DNA from: Candidatus Brocadia sp.
Lineage (GTDB): Bacteria > Planctomycetota > Brocadiia > Brocadiales > Brocadiaceae
Length of the DNA stretch: 32,000 nucleotides
Assembly: GCA_021650915.1 (NCBI GenBank)
Contig: CP091279.1
Location: 540,001-572,000, forward strand
Direction: 5' to 3'
In this document: piece after piece, positions 16,796-26,442 of the stretch
How the letters are laid out: each line of letters starts with the position of its first letter
How positions within the stretch are numbered: position 1 is the stretch's first letter
The notes under the pieces: model-generated
Database searches by the model: none
The model's input: only the letters and a program-made list of their open reading frames with translations
What the model was told of the DNA's origin: nothing
Position numbers and translations under genes: made by a program

Positions 16796-18481
16796 ATGAG
16801 TAATCAACCGGATAAAATTATCTATTCCATGTACCGTGTAAGCAAACATTATGAAAAGAAAGCCGTATTGAAAGATATCTCCCTTTCGTATTTCTACGGG
16901 GCGAAGATCGGAGTACTGGGCTTAAACGGGTCAGGAAAAAGTTCCCTCCTTCGCATCCTTGCCGGAGCAGACAAGGACTTTAACGGACAAGTAACCCTTT
17001 CCCCCGGTTACACGGTGGGATTTTTGGAGCAGGAACCTCACCTGGACGATACAAAAACGGTGCGTGAAATAGTAGAAGAAGGGGTGCAGGAATTGGCAGA
17101 CCTCCACAAGGAGTACAATCGGATCAATGATCAGTTTTCCGAACCGATGTCAGATAACGAGATGAACAAGCTGATAGAGCGGCAGGGGGAAGTACAAGGA
17201 AAGATCGATGCGCTGGGCGCATGGGACCTGGATGCCCGCCTGGAAATGGCAATGGATGCCCTGCGTTGCCCTGAGGGGAATACACCGGTAAAGGTGTTGT
17301 CCGGAGGAGAACGCCGTCGCGCGGCGTTGTGCAGGTTATTACTCCAAGAACCTGACATTTTGCTGCTGGATGAACCAACGAATCACCTTGACGCAGAAAC
17401 CGTTGCCTGGCTGGAGCACCATTTGCAAAGTTACGAAGGTACGGTCATCGCCGTGACCCACGATCGTTATTTTCTCGATAACGTGGCAGGCTGGATCCTG
17501 GAACTGGACAGGGGGTATGGAATTCCCTGGAAGGGGAATTATTCGTCATGGCTTGAGCAAAAACAACAGAAACTGCAGCAGGAAGAAAAGCAAGAGACCG
17601 AACGCCAAAAGACGTTGCAACGTGAGCTTGAATGGATCAGAATGACCCCCAAGGGCAGGCATGCAAAATCGAAGGCGCGGATTAAGTCTTACGAGTCGCT
17701 TCTTGACCAGCAGGGTGAAAGCCGAATAAAGGATTTGGAAATCTACATACCAGCCGGACCGCGGCTGGGGAATCTGATCATTGAGGCGGAGAAAGTCACC
17801 AAGGCATATGGAGACCGCATCCTCGTGGATGGAATGACGTTTTCTCTGCCGCGCGGTGGGATTGTGGGCATCATTGGCCCGAATGGCGCCGGAAAAACTA
17901 CGCTCTTCCGTATGATTACCAATCAGGAAAAACCGGATGCCGGCTCCATTCGGGTCGGAGAGTCGGTTAAGCTTGCTTATGTTGACCAGAGCCGCACAAC
18001 TCTCGATCCCAAAAAGACAATCTGGGAAATAATTTCAGGGGGACGTGACACCATCAAGCTTGGCAGCAGGGAAGTTAATTCACGCGCCTATGTGGCGCGT
18101 TTTAATTTTTCCGGCGCCGATCAGCAAAAACCGGTAAGTACGCTGTCGGGGGGAGAGCGAAACCGGGTGCATCTCGCCTGCATGCTAAAGGAAGGAGCCA
18201 ACCTGCTTCTGCTCGATGAACCTACGAACGATCTCGATGTGAATACCATGCGGGCGCTGGAAGACGCCCTGGAAAATTTCTCCGGTTGCGTGCTGGTGAT
18301 TACGCATGATCGCTGGTTTTTAGACCGAATTGCCACACATATCCTTGCCTTTGAGGGAGACAGCAAGGTTTTCTGGTTTGAGGGAAACTATTCCGATTAT
18401 GAGGCAGACAGAAAAAGACGTCTTGGCGTTGCGGCCGATCAACCCCACCGGATAAAATACCGTCATTTGACACGGGTTTGA
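16796..18481 (+). CDS. ettA: ABC-F ATPase, energy-dependent translational throttle EttA
   Basis: The protein is colinear with E. coli EttA as I recall it: IYSMYRVSKHY..., GLNGSGKSS, LSGGERRR, LLLDEPTNHLD, ITHDRYFLDNVAGWILELDRG.GIPW.GNYSSWLEQK, then a second cassette GPNGAGKTT / LSGGERNR. The true start is ATG 16796; the track ORF extends spuriously to 16685. Confidence 0.93.
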   Translation: MSNQPDKIIYSMYRVSKHYEKKAVLKDISLSYFYGAKIGVLGLNGSGKSSLLRILAGADKDFNGQVTLSPGYTVGFLEQEPHLDDTKTVREIVEEGVQELADLHKEYNRINDQFSEPMSDNEMNKLIERQGEVQGKIDALGAWDLDARLEMAMDALRCPEGNTPVKVLSGGERRRAALCRLLLQEPDILLLDEPTNHLDAETVAWLEHHLQSYEGTVIAVTHDRYFLDNVAGWILELDRGYGIPWKGNYSSWLEQKQQKLQQEEKQETERQKTLQRELEWIRMTPKGRHAKSKARIKSYESLLDQQGESRIKDLEIYIPAGPRLGNLIIEAEKVTKAYGDRILVDGMTFSLPRGGIVGIIGPNGAGKTTLFRMITNQEKPDAGSIRVGESVKLAYVDQSRTTLDPKKTIWEIISGGRDTIKLGSREVNSRAYVARFNFSGADQQKPVSTLSGGERNRVHLACMLKEGANLLLLDEPTNDLDVNTMRALEDALENFSGCVLVITHDRWFLDRIATHILAFEGDSKVFWFEGNYSDYEADRKRRLGVAADQPHRIKYRHLTRV

Positions 18482-18486
18482 TACCT

Positions 18487-18517
18487 GGTTTCGTCCAGGT
18501 GTAACGAAACCAATTTT
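18487..18517 (+). terminator. possible intrinsic terminator after ettA
   Basis: ggtttcgt (18487-18494) pairs with acgaaacc (18504-18511) around a 9-nt loop, followed by aatttt. The U-tract is weak. Confidence 0.35.
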
Positions 18518-18760
18518 GTACGCCTGATTGTCCCTTCTTGTCTTACCCACATCTGAAGCATGCTTACCAGCAAGTTACACATGATAAAATGCCAAATTTT
18601 TTAAGGGTTTTGATTTCATTATTTATGACAAATTGAAGGCATCAAACAAAAGAATTTTCTTTTCTGGATTGTGTTTTGCATATTCTTGTTCCTCAACACG
18701 TGTTTGTAGTGAAAGGCCTTCAGGTGGTTATTTTTAAAATTTTTTAGGAGGAGATGGAAT

Positions 18761-19120
18761 ATGCGTGAAGCCAAGAAATTATTATGTGCGGTAGTTTTTT
18801 TGTTTGCAATTGCTTTTGTCTGTCAGGCACACACGGGTTTTTGTGGAGCGCAGATCGAGGGAAAGGTGAATATCAATACGGCCACCGAAGACCAGATTTC
18901 TATCTTGCCGGGTGTTGGTCCAAAATTGGCTTCTGAAGTGGTAAACTATAGAAAAATAAATGGAGATTTCAAGGAAGTGGAAGAGATCAAGAACGTAAAT
19001 GGTGTGGGTGATAAGAAATTTGAGAAGATGAAAGATTTTATTGCAGTAGAAGGCGATACCACCATTACTTCAACGAAGGTTGCAAAAGGTGAAAAGGTGA
19101 AAAAGGGAGACATGAAGTAA
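18761..19120 (+). CDS. ComEA-like helix-hairpin-helix DNA-binding protein, secreted
   Basis: It has a signal peptide, and the sequence INTATEDQISILPGVGPKLASEVVNYRKINGDFKEVEEIKNVNGVGDKKFEKMKDF is the ComEA HhH pattern. Confidence 0.8.
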   Translation: MREAKKLLCAVVFLFAIAFVCQAHTGFCGAQIEGKVNINTATEDQISILPGVGPKLASEVVNYRKINGDFKEVEEIKNVNGVGDKKFEKMKDFIAVEGDTTITSTKVAKGEKVKKGDMK

Positions 19121-19152
19121 GTTAAAGGTACCGTTAACGTAGTCGGTTTTCA

Positions 19153-19196
19153 AGAGAGGATAGACTCAAAAAGTCTATCCTCTCTTTTTTGTTTTT
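19153..19196 (+). terminator. rho-independent terminator after the comEA-like gene
   Basis: A perfect 14-bp stem, agagaggatagact (19153-19166) with agtctatcctctct (19172-19185), encloses a 5-nt loop and is followed by tttttgttttt. Confidence 0.8.
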
Positions 19197-19244
19197 CATG
19201 GTCAATGGTCTTATATCGCATGGAAAAAATTTGGTAGAGTAGAA

Positions 19245-20608
19245 AAAGAGAGACTTGGTTAAAGAAAAAGCCCTCCAAATATGGTAAAAAATAGTTTTGA
19301 TACAAGAAACTAAACCATAAAGAAAAGGAGGGCTATATGGGAGCAACCCCATGCACAGATGGTATCACAATAGAATTTGGTTGTTAAATTCGGGTTGAAT
19401 TAAAGGACGGCAGCCTGGAGTCGATTCTCAAGGCATTTTGCAAGATACTGCCGGAGATATTAAGGGATTTTATTCAGAAGATCGTGGTTGGTTTTGGTGA
19501 GAGTGCGATGGCGCAATCACGGAAGCCATTTTGCTGCGACGAATGTGGGAATGACAAGGAGTTTATCTGGAAGACGAGGCATGGAAAAGAGACGAAGATA
19601 CTGACGGTCTTTCAGTGGTTGAGATTAGAGCAGTTGCAGGTGCAGTGCAAGAGGTGCGGTCATAAGATGTATATAACGCGAAAGCTTCTGGGGATGGAGC
19701 GGATGAAGCGAATACCACCGGAGACGTATCGGAAGCTTGGGCTGGTAGGATCGTTAACGACCTACCGGGTAGCGAAGAAGATCGTGTCGATGTTTGGCTG
19801 GACAGTAGACAAGATGACGATATGGAAATCGGTACAAAAGACGGCAGCAGAGATAGATTTTCAACTCGACGAGAAGGGACTTCCCCTGGGAGAAGCAGAC
19901 GGGACAGGGGTAGGGATTAAGGGGATAGCCAAACGAGGCAAGGAACTCAAGGTCTTTGTGCAATACAAGAGCGGTGGAGGGGTGAGAGTGGCAGGGCTTG
20001 ACATAGGGGATTACAACGGTAGTTGGGATACGCTGTTTGGTAAGAGTGTTAAGGTGTTCAGGAAGTTTTCCCAGTTTCTTTTGATAACCGATGGCGACAC
20101 CTCTATTTTGGATAGTTTGAAAGGTAAGATCAAGGTGCTTGTACAGAGATGTTTGTGGCATATTCCGTATCAGGCAAAGTATGTATTGTGGCAAGATGGG
20201 GTCAAGAGCAAGGGGAAAGAATGGCTGGAGGTGATGTCGGAGCTTATGGAGGTCTGTGCGATACGGCCATTGGTTGATTGTCAGAAGACCATCGAGAAAA
20301 TGATAGAGTCCAAGAGGAAACGATTGGATGCGGTGATTCAGCATTGTTTGTCGAAGGGATATACTCATACCGCATCCTATCTTGAGAATGCCAGGCCTGA
20401 TATGTTTACGGCGATAGAAAAGAGGCTCAATGGCAGAACGACAAGTAAAGTAGAGCGCGTCATGCGTACGGTTAACCTGCGGGTGAATGTGAGCAAATGG
20501 AGTGTTGCCGGGGCGCTGAACGTTACCAAAATTCGGCTTGCCTATTACTACAACGGCTTTGATGCGTGACAACTATACATTGGAGGACTTTTCTCAGGTC
20601 TCCACTTG
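19245..20608 (+). mobile_element. insertion sequence, ISKra4/ISLre2 (UPF0236)-like; boundaries approximate
   Basis: It contains a single transposase ORF. Imperfect terminal inverted repeats are gagac..gaaaaagccctccaaatatgg (about 19249-19284) and the reverse complement of cattggaggacttttctcaggtctcc (about 20578-20603). Confidence 0.5.
19484..20569 (+). CDS. DDE transposase (ISKra4/ISLre2-like), possibly inactivated
   Basis: A zinc-ribbon pair CCDECG...CKRCG is followed by acidic candidates ADGTG and ITDGD, then a C-terminal TTSKVERVMRTVNLR helix. The same frame is open upstream to a strong RBS and ATG at 19337, but is interrupted by TAA at 19385-19387. Confidence 0.7.
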   Translation: MVGFGESAMAQSRKPFCCDECGNDKEFIWKTRHGKETKILTVFQWLRLEQLQVQCKRCGHKMYITRKLLGMERMKRIPPETYRKLGLVGSLTTYRVAKKIVSMFGWTVDKMTIWKSVQKTAAEIDFQLDEKGLPLGEADGTGVGIKGIAKRGKELKVFVQYKSGGGVRVAGLDIGDYNGSWDTLFGKSVKVFRKFSQFLLITDGDTSILDSLKGKIKVLVQRCLWHIPYQAKYVLWQDGVKSKGKEWLEVMSELMEVCAIRPLVDCQKTIEKMIESKRKRLDAVIQHCLSKGYTHTASYLENARPDMFTAIEKRLNGRTTSKVERVMRTVNLRVNVSKWSVAGALNVTKIRLAYYYNGFDA

Positions 20609-20714
20609 ACAACGCTACTAAAAATTTTCGTTTAAAAAACACCTTTTTTCTATATAATATATTTTTGTTATGTGTCTTAGTTCTTTTATAAGGAAAGAGG
20701 AGATAATAATAACC

Positions 20715-22148
20715 ATGCGTTTAAATGTTAAATTCACATTATCATTCCTGGCTGGTTTGTTTCTTGTAACTCTGAACGTTGCTTACGCAAGTGATCCCAG
20801 GGAATGGTCTCCTACCAGAAAACTCCCTGAGACAAAGAGGCCGAATAATATTCTGGATTTGCCGATCACCATCCCTGGCGATGTAAGGGCAAGTCAGTTT
20901 TTTAGCCCGATATCATGCGGGGCTTGTCATCCTGAGATATACAAAATGTGGAGTGGTTCTACCCATGCAAATGCCTGGAGGAATCCACTTTTTCAGGCCC
21001 TGTATCAGCTAGGGAAGAAGACTGCAGTAGGGGAGTCGGAGAAAAAAAATATAGAATCCTGTGTGCGCTGTCACGTTCCGATAGGTCATAGTAGCGGAGA
21101 TGAAAATCTGCCGTCGCCTGATGACGAAAAGGGGGGGGTTATTTGTGATTTTTGCCATTCGGTTAAAGCAACCAGCGGTATTGGAAATGCTCCCTATATA
21201 CTAAGTCCCGGGAATGCCGCGGCGATGGAAGGCGGCACGAAATATGGCCCTTTCGACGATTGTCCTGAAACAATTCACCAAAGTAAATTTTCGGAACTCC
21301 ACACCCGATCAGAATTCTGCGGAGGCTGTCATGATGTATCACATGCAGGAAATGCGATTCTTATTGAACAAACCTATACCGAGTGGGAGCAGAGCCCTTA
21401 TAATACCGGCGATCCAAAAACATCGGTGCACTGTCAGGACTGCCACATGAGGCAGCGTCCTGGTTTTCCCAGTACGGGCAGCACCGAGCGGCCAGACAAT
21501 CCCGGTTTCGCGTCTCCTGAAATTATGGGTGGAAAAAAGCGTCCGCATATCTGGACACACTACTTTGTTGGTGGGAGCACGAATCCGGTATCACTGCCAT
21601 CCGGGGCGGATATAAACAAGCAGTTAGCAACAGACCGGCTGAAAAATGCGGCAACCTTGGAGCTTTCGCTCGCGCCGGGATATAAAAAAGGTGATGTGCT
21701 CAATTTTGATGTCATAATTAAAAATACGGGAGCTGGACACTATCTACCAACGGGGTTGACTGAATTGCGGCAAATGTGGTTAAGTGTTTCGATAACGGAT
21801 GCGGAAGGAAAACAGTTGTATCAGAGCGGAAAGGTGAACGAAAAAGGGGTCATTGATCCCAATACCTCAGTTTATCATACCGTCTTTGGTGACAAGGACG
21901 GAAAGCCGACACTCCATGTGTGGTCTGCCACACAAATTTTGTCCGATAACCGTGTTCCGCCAAAAGGTCAAAAGACCGAGAGCTTTACCTGCTTGATTCC
22001 CCAGGATGCCAAATCGCCGCTCAGGTTAACAGCCGTGCTGAATTACCGAAGCGCACCGCAGGAAGTAGTTGACGCCCTTTTAGGAGATAAATCGGTAAAA
22101 TTTCCCATCGTTGATATGGCTGAAATATCAAAGGAAATTAGCCTGTAA
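20715..22148 (+). CDS. pentahaem c-type cytochrome, secreted
   Basis: It has a signal peptide and five CXXCH motifs: CGACH (nt 20916-20930), CVRCH, CDFCH, CGGCH and CQDCH. ATG 20715 follows aaggaaagaggag. Confidence 0.85.
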   Translation: MRLNVKFTLSFLAGLFLVTLNVAYASDPREWSPTRKLPETKRPNNILDLPITIPGDVRASQFFSPISCGACHPEIYKMWSGSTHANAWRNPLFQALYQLGKKTAVGESEKKNIESCVRCHVPIGHSSGDENLPSPDDEKGGVICDFCHSVKATSGIGNAPYILSPGNAAAMEGGTKYGPFDDCPETIHQSKFSELHTRSEFCGGCHDVSHAGNAILIEQTYTEWEQSPYNTGDPKTSVHCQDCHMRQRPGFPSTGSTERPDNPGFASPEIMGGKKRPHIWTHYFVGGSTNPVSLPSGADINKQLATDRLKNAATLELSLAPGYKKGDVLNFDVIIKNTGAGHYLPTGLTELRQMWLSVSITDAEGKQLYQSGKVNEKGVIDPNTSVYHTVFGDKDGKPTLHVWSATQILSDNRVPPKGQKTESFTCLIPQDAKSPLRLTAVLNYRSAPQEVVDALLGDKSVKFPIVDMAEISKEISL

Positions 22149-22209
22149 GAGGGAATAAACAGGGTAAATTCAACCTGCTGTTATTATGCGGTTAAAATAT
22201 CGTATACCT

Positions 22210-22297
22210 GTAGAGCGACGAGCCTCGTCGCTCTACAATCATTTGTTCTTGAGAACAAATCATGCATTGTTCCAGCACTTTGAAATTCCTTTATGTT
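22210..22297. repeat. GTAG-headed REP hairpin plus conserved CTTTGAAATTCCT module
   Basis: gtagagcgacga (22210-22221) pairs with tcgtcgctctac (22225-22236). An AT-rich hairpin, atttgttc/gaacaaat, lies at 22241-22260. gcactttgaaattcctttatgtt (22275-22297) recurs at 28528-28551, 28611-28634 and, inverted, near 11233-11254. Confidence 0.65.
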
Positions 22298-22561
22298 CCG
22301 GAGGCAGCTACCTATTTATCCTGTTTTGCGCATTTCCTCAAATACCTTCACTGGTAAAAGTTTATATGCCCGCCAGAAAAGAAAATGCAATCCCCGCATC
22401 TCGCAGCACGGTATTATTCCAACCCAATCTCGTTTAAAAAGAGGTCAAGGGGTTGTAAAACACGTGTGAAATAATATCCTCATGAAACTGGTCTTTGCGA
22501 AAACGGGGAATGGAGAAAAAAAGGTTTTACACGAGACTATTATAACCAGAAAAGGATAAAC

Positions 22562-23374
22562 GTGAACATCGCTGTCATTACCCTAACGGATGATGGGCTA
22601 AAAACTGCACGAAGAATTGGTTCGGGTTTTCATCCACTGCCTTCGACCTATGTATTTACAAAAACCGGAGAGGGCATAAATGCCATTACTAAGAATACAA
22701 CCGATCCGCATATCGTCCTTTTTACCGAACCACTTCAGCATCTGGTAAACCGAATCTTCAAACAATATGACGGCCTTGTCTTTATTATGGCCATGGGGAT
22801 TGTCGTAAGGGTGATTGCCCACAATATTCAGGATAAATACACCGATCCTGCGGTGGTCGTAGTTGATGATGTGGGGCGTTTTGTCATCAGCTTACTTTCA
22901 GGTCATGAAGGGGGCGCCAATCTGCTGGCCCATCGTATCGCTGCCATCCTGCATACCGATGCGGTAATTACTACCGGTACAGAGGCAAAGAAGGATCTTA
23001 TTATTGGTATTGGTTGTAAAAAAGGGGTCAGTTCAGAGGCCGTGAAACAATCCATTTTTCATGCCCTTCATATGGTCAATCTCCCGTTAGAACGGATCAG
23101 ACTGCTTGCTACTATTGATATTAAGTCTGAAGAACCAGGTTTATTACAGGCGGCTGAGGAATTAGGGATCCCGTTAAGAATTGTTTCCCGCCAAGAAATT
23201 GCAGTATGTGAAAAAAAGCACGATAAATCAAATTTTGTCAAGGAAAAGATAGGGGTATGGGGGGTGTGTGAACCCACGGCCCTTCTTTCGGGGAGGAAGA
23301 CCCAATTATTACTAAAAAAACAGAAATATCCGGGAGTGACAGTAGCCATTGCTCAGGAAAACTTTATGTGGTAG
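22562..23374 (+). CDS. cbiG: cobalt-precorrin-5A hydrolase CbiG
   Basis: It has the CbiG N- and C-terminal pattern: LVFIMAMGIVVR, SLLSGHEGGAN, and LIIGIGCKKG...ATIDIKSEEPGLLQAAEELGIPL. It is adjacent to and overlaps cbiH. Confidence 0.85.
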   Translation: MNIAVITLTDDGLKTARRIGSGFHPLPSTYVFTKTGEGINAITKNTTDPHIVLFTEPLQHLVNRIFKQYDGLVFIMAMGIVVRVIAHNIQDKYTDPAVVVVDDVGRFVISLLSGHEGGANLLAHRIAAILHTDAVITTGTEAKKDLIIGIGCKKGVSSEAVKQSIFHALHMVNLPLERIRLLATIDIKSEEPGLLQAAEELGIPLRIVSRQEIAVCEKKHDKSNFVKEKIGVWGVCEPTALLSGRKTQLLLKKQKYPGVTVAIAQENFMW

Positions 23375-24084
23375 GCATTGGCCCCGGCGCACGGAACGAG
23401 ATAAGCCAGAGGGCATTAGATGCTCTAAAAAATTCTGAGACGATTGTTGGCTATAAACTCTATGTCGATTTGGTAAAAGACATTATAGGGACGAAACAAG
23501 TCATTGCCACTGCGATGCGCAAGGAGATTGAACGCGTAGAAATAGCAATTCAGGAAGCCCTGTCGGGGAAGACGGTATCAATCATCAGCAGTGGTGATCC
23601 GGGTGTTTATGGCATGGCAGGACTCGTGCTGGAGGTGATTGCTCAGAAAAACATTGAGTTGTCGCTGGAGATTATTTCAGGCATCCCCGCTGCCAATGCC
23701 GCTGCCGCCGTTTTAGGTGCGCCTCTTATGCATGACTATGCCGTTATCAGCCTGAGCGACCTGCTTACACCGTGGGAGACCATTGAAAAACGCGTGAAAT
23801 GTGCGGCTGAAGCAGATTATGTTATCGTGTTATACAATCCAAAGAGCGCTCAGAGGGAGTGGCAGATTGAGAAAACTGCCCACATCATCCGTCAGCACAA
23901 ACCACCGACTACCCCCGTAGGCATCGTGAAAGACGCTTCGCGTGAGAATGAATCGGTTATTATTACGACACTTGACAAAATGATTTCCTGTCCGATTGAT
24001 ATGACAACGGTCATTATCATTGGCAACTCGACCACCTTCCGATATCGAAATTATATGATCACAAAGCGTGGATATCACGTGTAA
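23368..24084 (+). CDS. cbiH: cobalt-factor III / precorrin-3B C17-methyltransferase CbiH
   Basis: It has tetrapyrrole methylase motifs: VGIGPG, SSGDPGVYGMAG, and the Y.PKS motif (LYNPKSAQR). The GTG start overlaps the cbiG stop (atGTGgTAG), which suggests translational coupling. Confidence 0.85.
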   Translation: MVGIGPGARNEISQRALDALKNSETIVGYKLYVDLVKDIIGTKQVIATAMRKEIERVEIAIQEALSGKTVSIISSGDPGVYGMAGLVLEVIAQKNIELSLEIISGIPAANAAAAVLGAPLMHDYAVISLSDLLTPWETIEKRVKCAAEADYVIVLYNPKSAQREWQIEKTAHIIRQHKPPTTPVGIVKDASRENESVIITTLDKMISCPIDMTTVIIIGNSTTFRYRNYMITKRGYHV

Positions 24085-24461
24085 GGTATCTTTGTATCGC
24101 GATAAAAATACAAAAAGCGAAAGCAGGTGTTGTGTGATCATCATGCGCCGAAGAAGCCAGCCTTAATCTTCCGGCATAACCCACTCAATTCAGGAAAGAT
24201 CAACAATTCGCTGATGCCTGAGATCGCCAGCTCTCTGCGGATGGTTGGAACCTGGATGTTCGTAATCACCATCCTCCGCAGACAGGAGCGGTCTTTTCCG
24301 CTTTGGCGTGACAAACGATCCAAGGCAGAGCGTTCATTGCCTGTTACTGCATTGAACAATCGGATTAAGCCATGTGCAGCGATGGATTGACCCGATTTTT
24401 GACAGCCGGGTCAGAAGCGCAAAATCTATGACCTGTTTGTTATTTCTGCGGGGAAACTGCC

Positions 24462-25880
24462 TTAACAAACCCTCATGAGATTGGTAGAGCCTGGTTCCCA
24501 GACCGGGACGCCGCCGGTAATAACAACCTTTTCCCCCTCGCTGATATAGCCAGCTTCCCGGGCGGCTTCAATGCTCTTCTTCATCATGTCGTCGGTATTT
24601 TTCAAGGGTTCTGTAATCATGGGAATGACGCCCCAAACCAGCGCAAGCCTTCGGTAAGTCTTCAGGGACGGGGTGGCGGCAAGGATAAGGTGCTGGGAAC
24701 GATGCCGGGAAATAAATCGCGCCGTGCTTCCGGTTTGTGTGGGGGTGATAATTACATTGATATGGAGATTGCCAGCCACCTGACAAGTAGCAATGCTTAT
24801 AGCATCGGGTACGGTAATGGGGTTATTGGCGAAACGCAATGTTTCAAAATCGGTTTTCCTGGCTACACTCGGCTCTGTTTCCCGGGCAATCTTCGACAGC
24901 ATCCGAACCGCTTCCACGGGATATCTGCCTTTGGCCGTTTCTTCTGACAGCATGACTGCGTCGCTTCCGTCAAAAATGGCGTTGGCCACATCAGTAATTT
25001 CAGCGCGGGTAGGCCGGTAATTATTGACCATGGATTCCAGCATTTGTGTTGCGGTAATAACGGGTTTGCAATACCGGTTGGCAATCTGAATGATCCTCTT
25101 TTGAACGAGGGGGATTTGCTCCAGGGGTATTTCAACGCCCAAATCTCCTCGGGCTACCATGATGGCGTCTGCTGCTTTTATAATATCTTCAAGGTGATCG
25201 AGCGCTTCATGCTTTTCAATCTTGGCAATAACGGGGATATCTTTGTTTTTTTCCCGTAAGAGCTCCTTGAGTTGTAGGACGTCATCGGCATTTTTAACAA
25301 ACGACAGGGCAACATAATCCACATCGTGCTCGATCCCGAAATCAAGATCCCTTTTATCCTTCTCGGTGAGAGAAGGTATAGGCAGACTTCTCGTTGGTAT
25401 GTTGATACCCTTGCGGGCGGTTAGTACCCCGCCAACAATAACCTGACAAACGATATCGGTAGTATCCTTACGAACAACCTTTAGTTCGATTTCGCCGTCA
25501 CAAAGCAGAACAGTGTCTCCGACGAATACATAGCTTGGTAAAAGAGGATAGGTAACGGACACCCTCGTTTCTTCTCCTTCAATGACTTCGTTAGTTAGGG
25601 TAAATTCATTACCGGCTTTTAAGAGGATCGATTCCTGAGATAATGTCCCGATTCTAATCTTCGGACCGGATAAATCCTGGATAATGGCAACGGGCTTTTT
25701 TAGTCGTGAAGAAGTGAGACGGATATTGCTGATATTGAGCTCATGGTCCGACAAGGTGCCGTGAGAAAAGTTCAGTCGAGCTACACTCATTCCCGCTGTG
25801 ACCATCTCTTCCATCACGGCAGGTGAATTGCACGCAGGACCTATGGTACAAACGATTTTTGTTTTTGAAAACGTATCCAT
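24462..25880 (-). CDS. pyk: pyruvate kinase
   Basis: Motifs: TKIVCTIGPA, ARLNFSHG, DLSGPKIR, MVARGDLGVEIP, ATQMLESM, and GSDAVMLSEETA. Confidence 0.95.
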   Translation of the reverse strand: MDTFSKTKIVCTIGPACNSPAVMEEMVTAGMSVARLNFSHGTLSDHELNISNIRLTSSRLKKPVAIIQDLSGPKIRIGTLSQESILLKAGNEFTLTNEVIEGEETRVSVTYPLLPSYVFVGDTVLLCDGEIELKVVRKDTTDIVCQVIVGGVLTARKGINIPTRSLPIPSLTEKDKRDLDFGIEHDVDYVALSFVKNADDVLQLKELLREKNKDIPVIAKIEKHEALDHLEDIIKAADAIMVARGDLGVEIPLEQIPLVQKRIIQIANRYCKPVITATQMLESMVNNYRPTRAEITDVANAIFDGSDAVMLSEETAKGRYPVEAVRMLSKIARETEPSVARKTDFETLRFANNPITVPDAISIATCQVAGNLHINVIITPTQTGSTARFISRHRSQHLILAATPSLKTYRRLALVWGVIPMITEPLKNTDDMMKKSIEAAREAGYISEGEKVVITGGVPVWEPGSTNLMRVC

Positions 25881-25927
25881 TCGGTAAATTCAGTTGTTAA
25901 TTTATAAAGAAATAGAGAATTGAGAAA

Positions 25928-26410
25928 TTATTCAGACTTTTCCACGGGAAGGCCTTCGGCTTTCCACTGCTTAATCCCTCCCTCAACATTGCACAATTCC
26001 TTTAACCCCTTGTCCTTCAGCATCGCACAGGCTTTAGCGCTGCGTTTCCCTGATGCACAATGAACAACGATGATTTTGTCTTTGGGAATCTTACTGATAT
26101 TTTGTTCAAGTTCCTGAATGGGAATAAGGTTCGCCCCCTTAAGATGAGATTCATTATATTCCTCCTTTGTTCTCACATCCAGGATGTACGCATCTTGTGA
26201 CTTTTCCAGAATCTCCCTGGCCTGTCCGGGAGAGATATTCCTTACGGTCGTTTGTGTCTGTGCCCCTGTTTCCGCTGCGCAGCATCTGTTGAAATTGAAG
26301 GTGACTGATGCACTCGTTATAAAAATAAGTACTGCGGTAAATCGCATCACAACACTAATACCTCGTGACTTCCTCGGCATACTCATATCTTTACCCCTTT
26401 CATTTTTCAA
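25928..26410 (-). CDS. single-domain rhodanese (sulfurtransferase) with signal peptide or membrane anchor
   Basis: Rhodanese fold pattern: ILDVRTKEEYNESHLKGANLIP, with the active-site loop HCASGKRS. The N-terminal segment MRFTAVLIFITSASV is hydrophobic. The start is ambiguous, with several ATGs between 26347 and 26410. Confidence 0.85.
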   Translation of the reverse strand: MKNERGKDMSMPRKSRGISVVMRFTAVLIFITSASVTFNFNRCCAAETGAQTQTTVRNISPGQAREILEKSQDAYILDVRTKEEYNESHLKGANLIPIQELEQNISKIPKDKIIVVHCASGKRSAKACAMLKDKGLKELCNVEGGIKQWKAEGLPVEKSE

Positions 26411-26442
26411 ATGAAGATTAGCTCAGCGCGCTCAGTGCTGGC

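Noticed and set aside
19754-20572. 272-aa minus-strand ORF
   Set aside because: It is fully antisense to the transposase ORF, which has the recognisable zinc-ribbon and DDE-like features.
22438-22561. Possible cobalamin riboswitch upstream of cbiG-cbiH
   Set aside because: I could not find the conserved B12-box (GCCACTG-like core) or the expected GC-rich paired regions. The region mostly contains a dispersed repeat.
24085-24461. Overlapping ORF pair 24127-24390 (+) and 24141-24359 (-) in the 375-bp gap between cbiH and pyk
   Set aside because: Neither has an RBS, motifs or a plausible composition, and they mutually overlap. The region may hold a degraded gene, but I cannot support any call.
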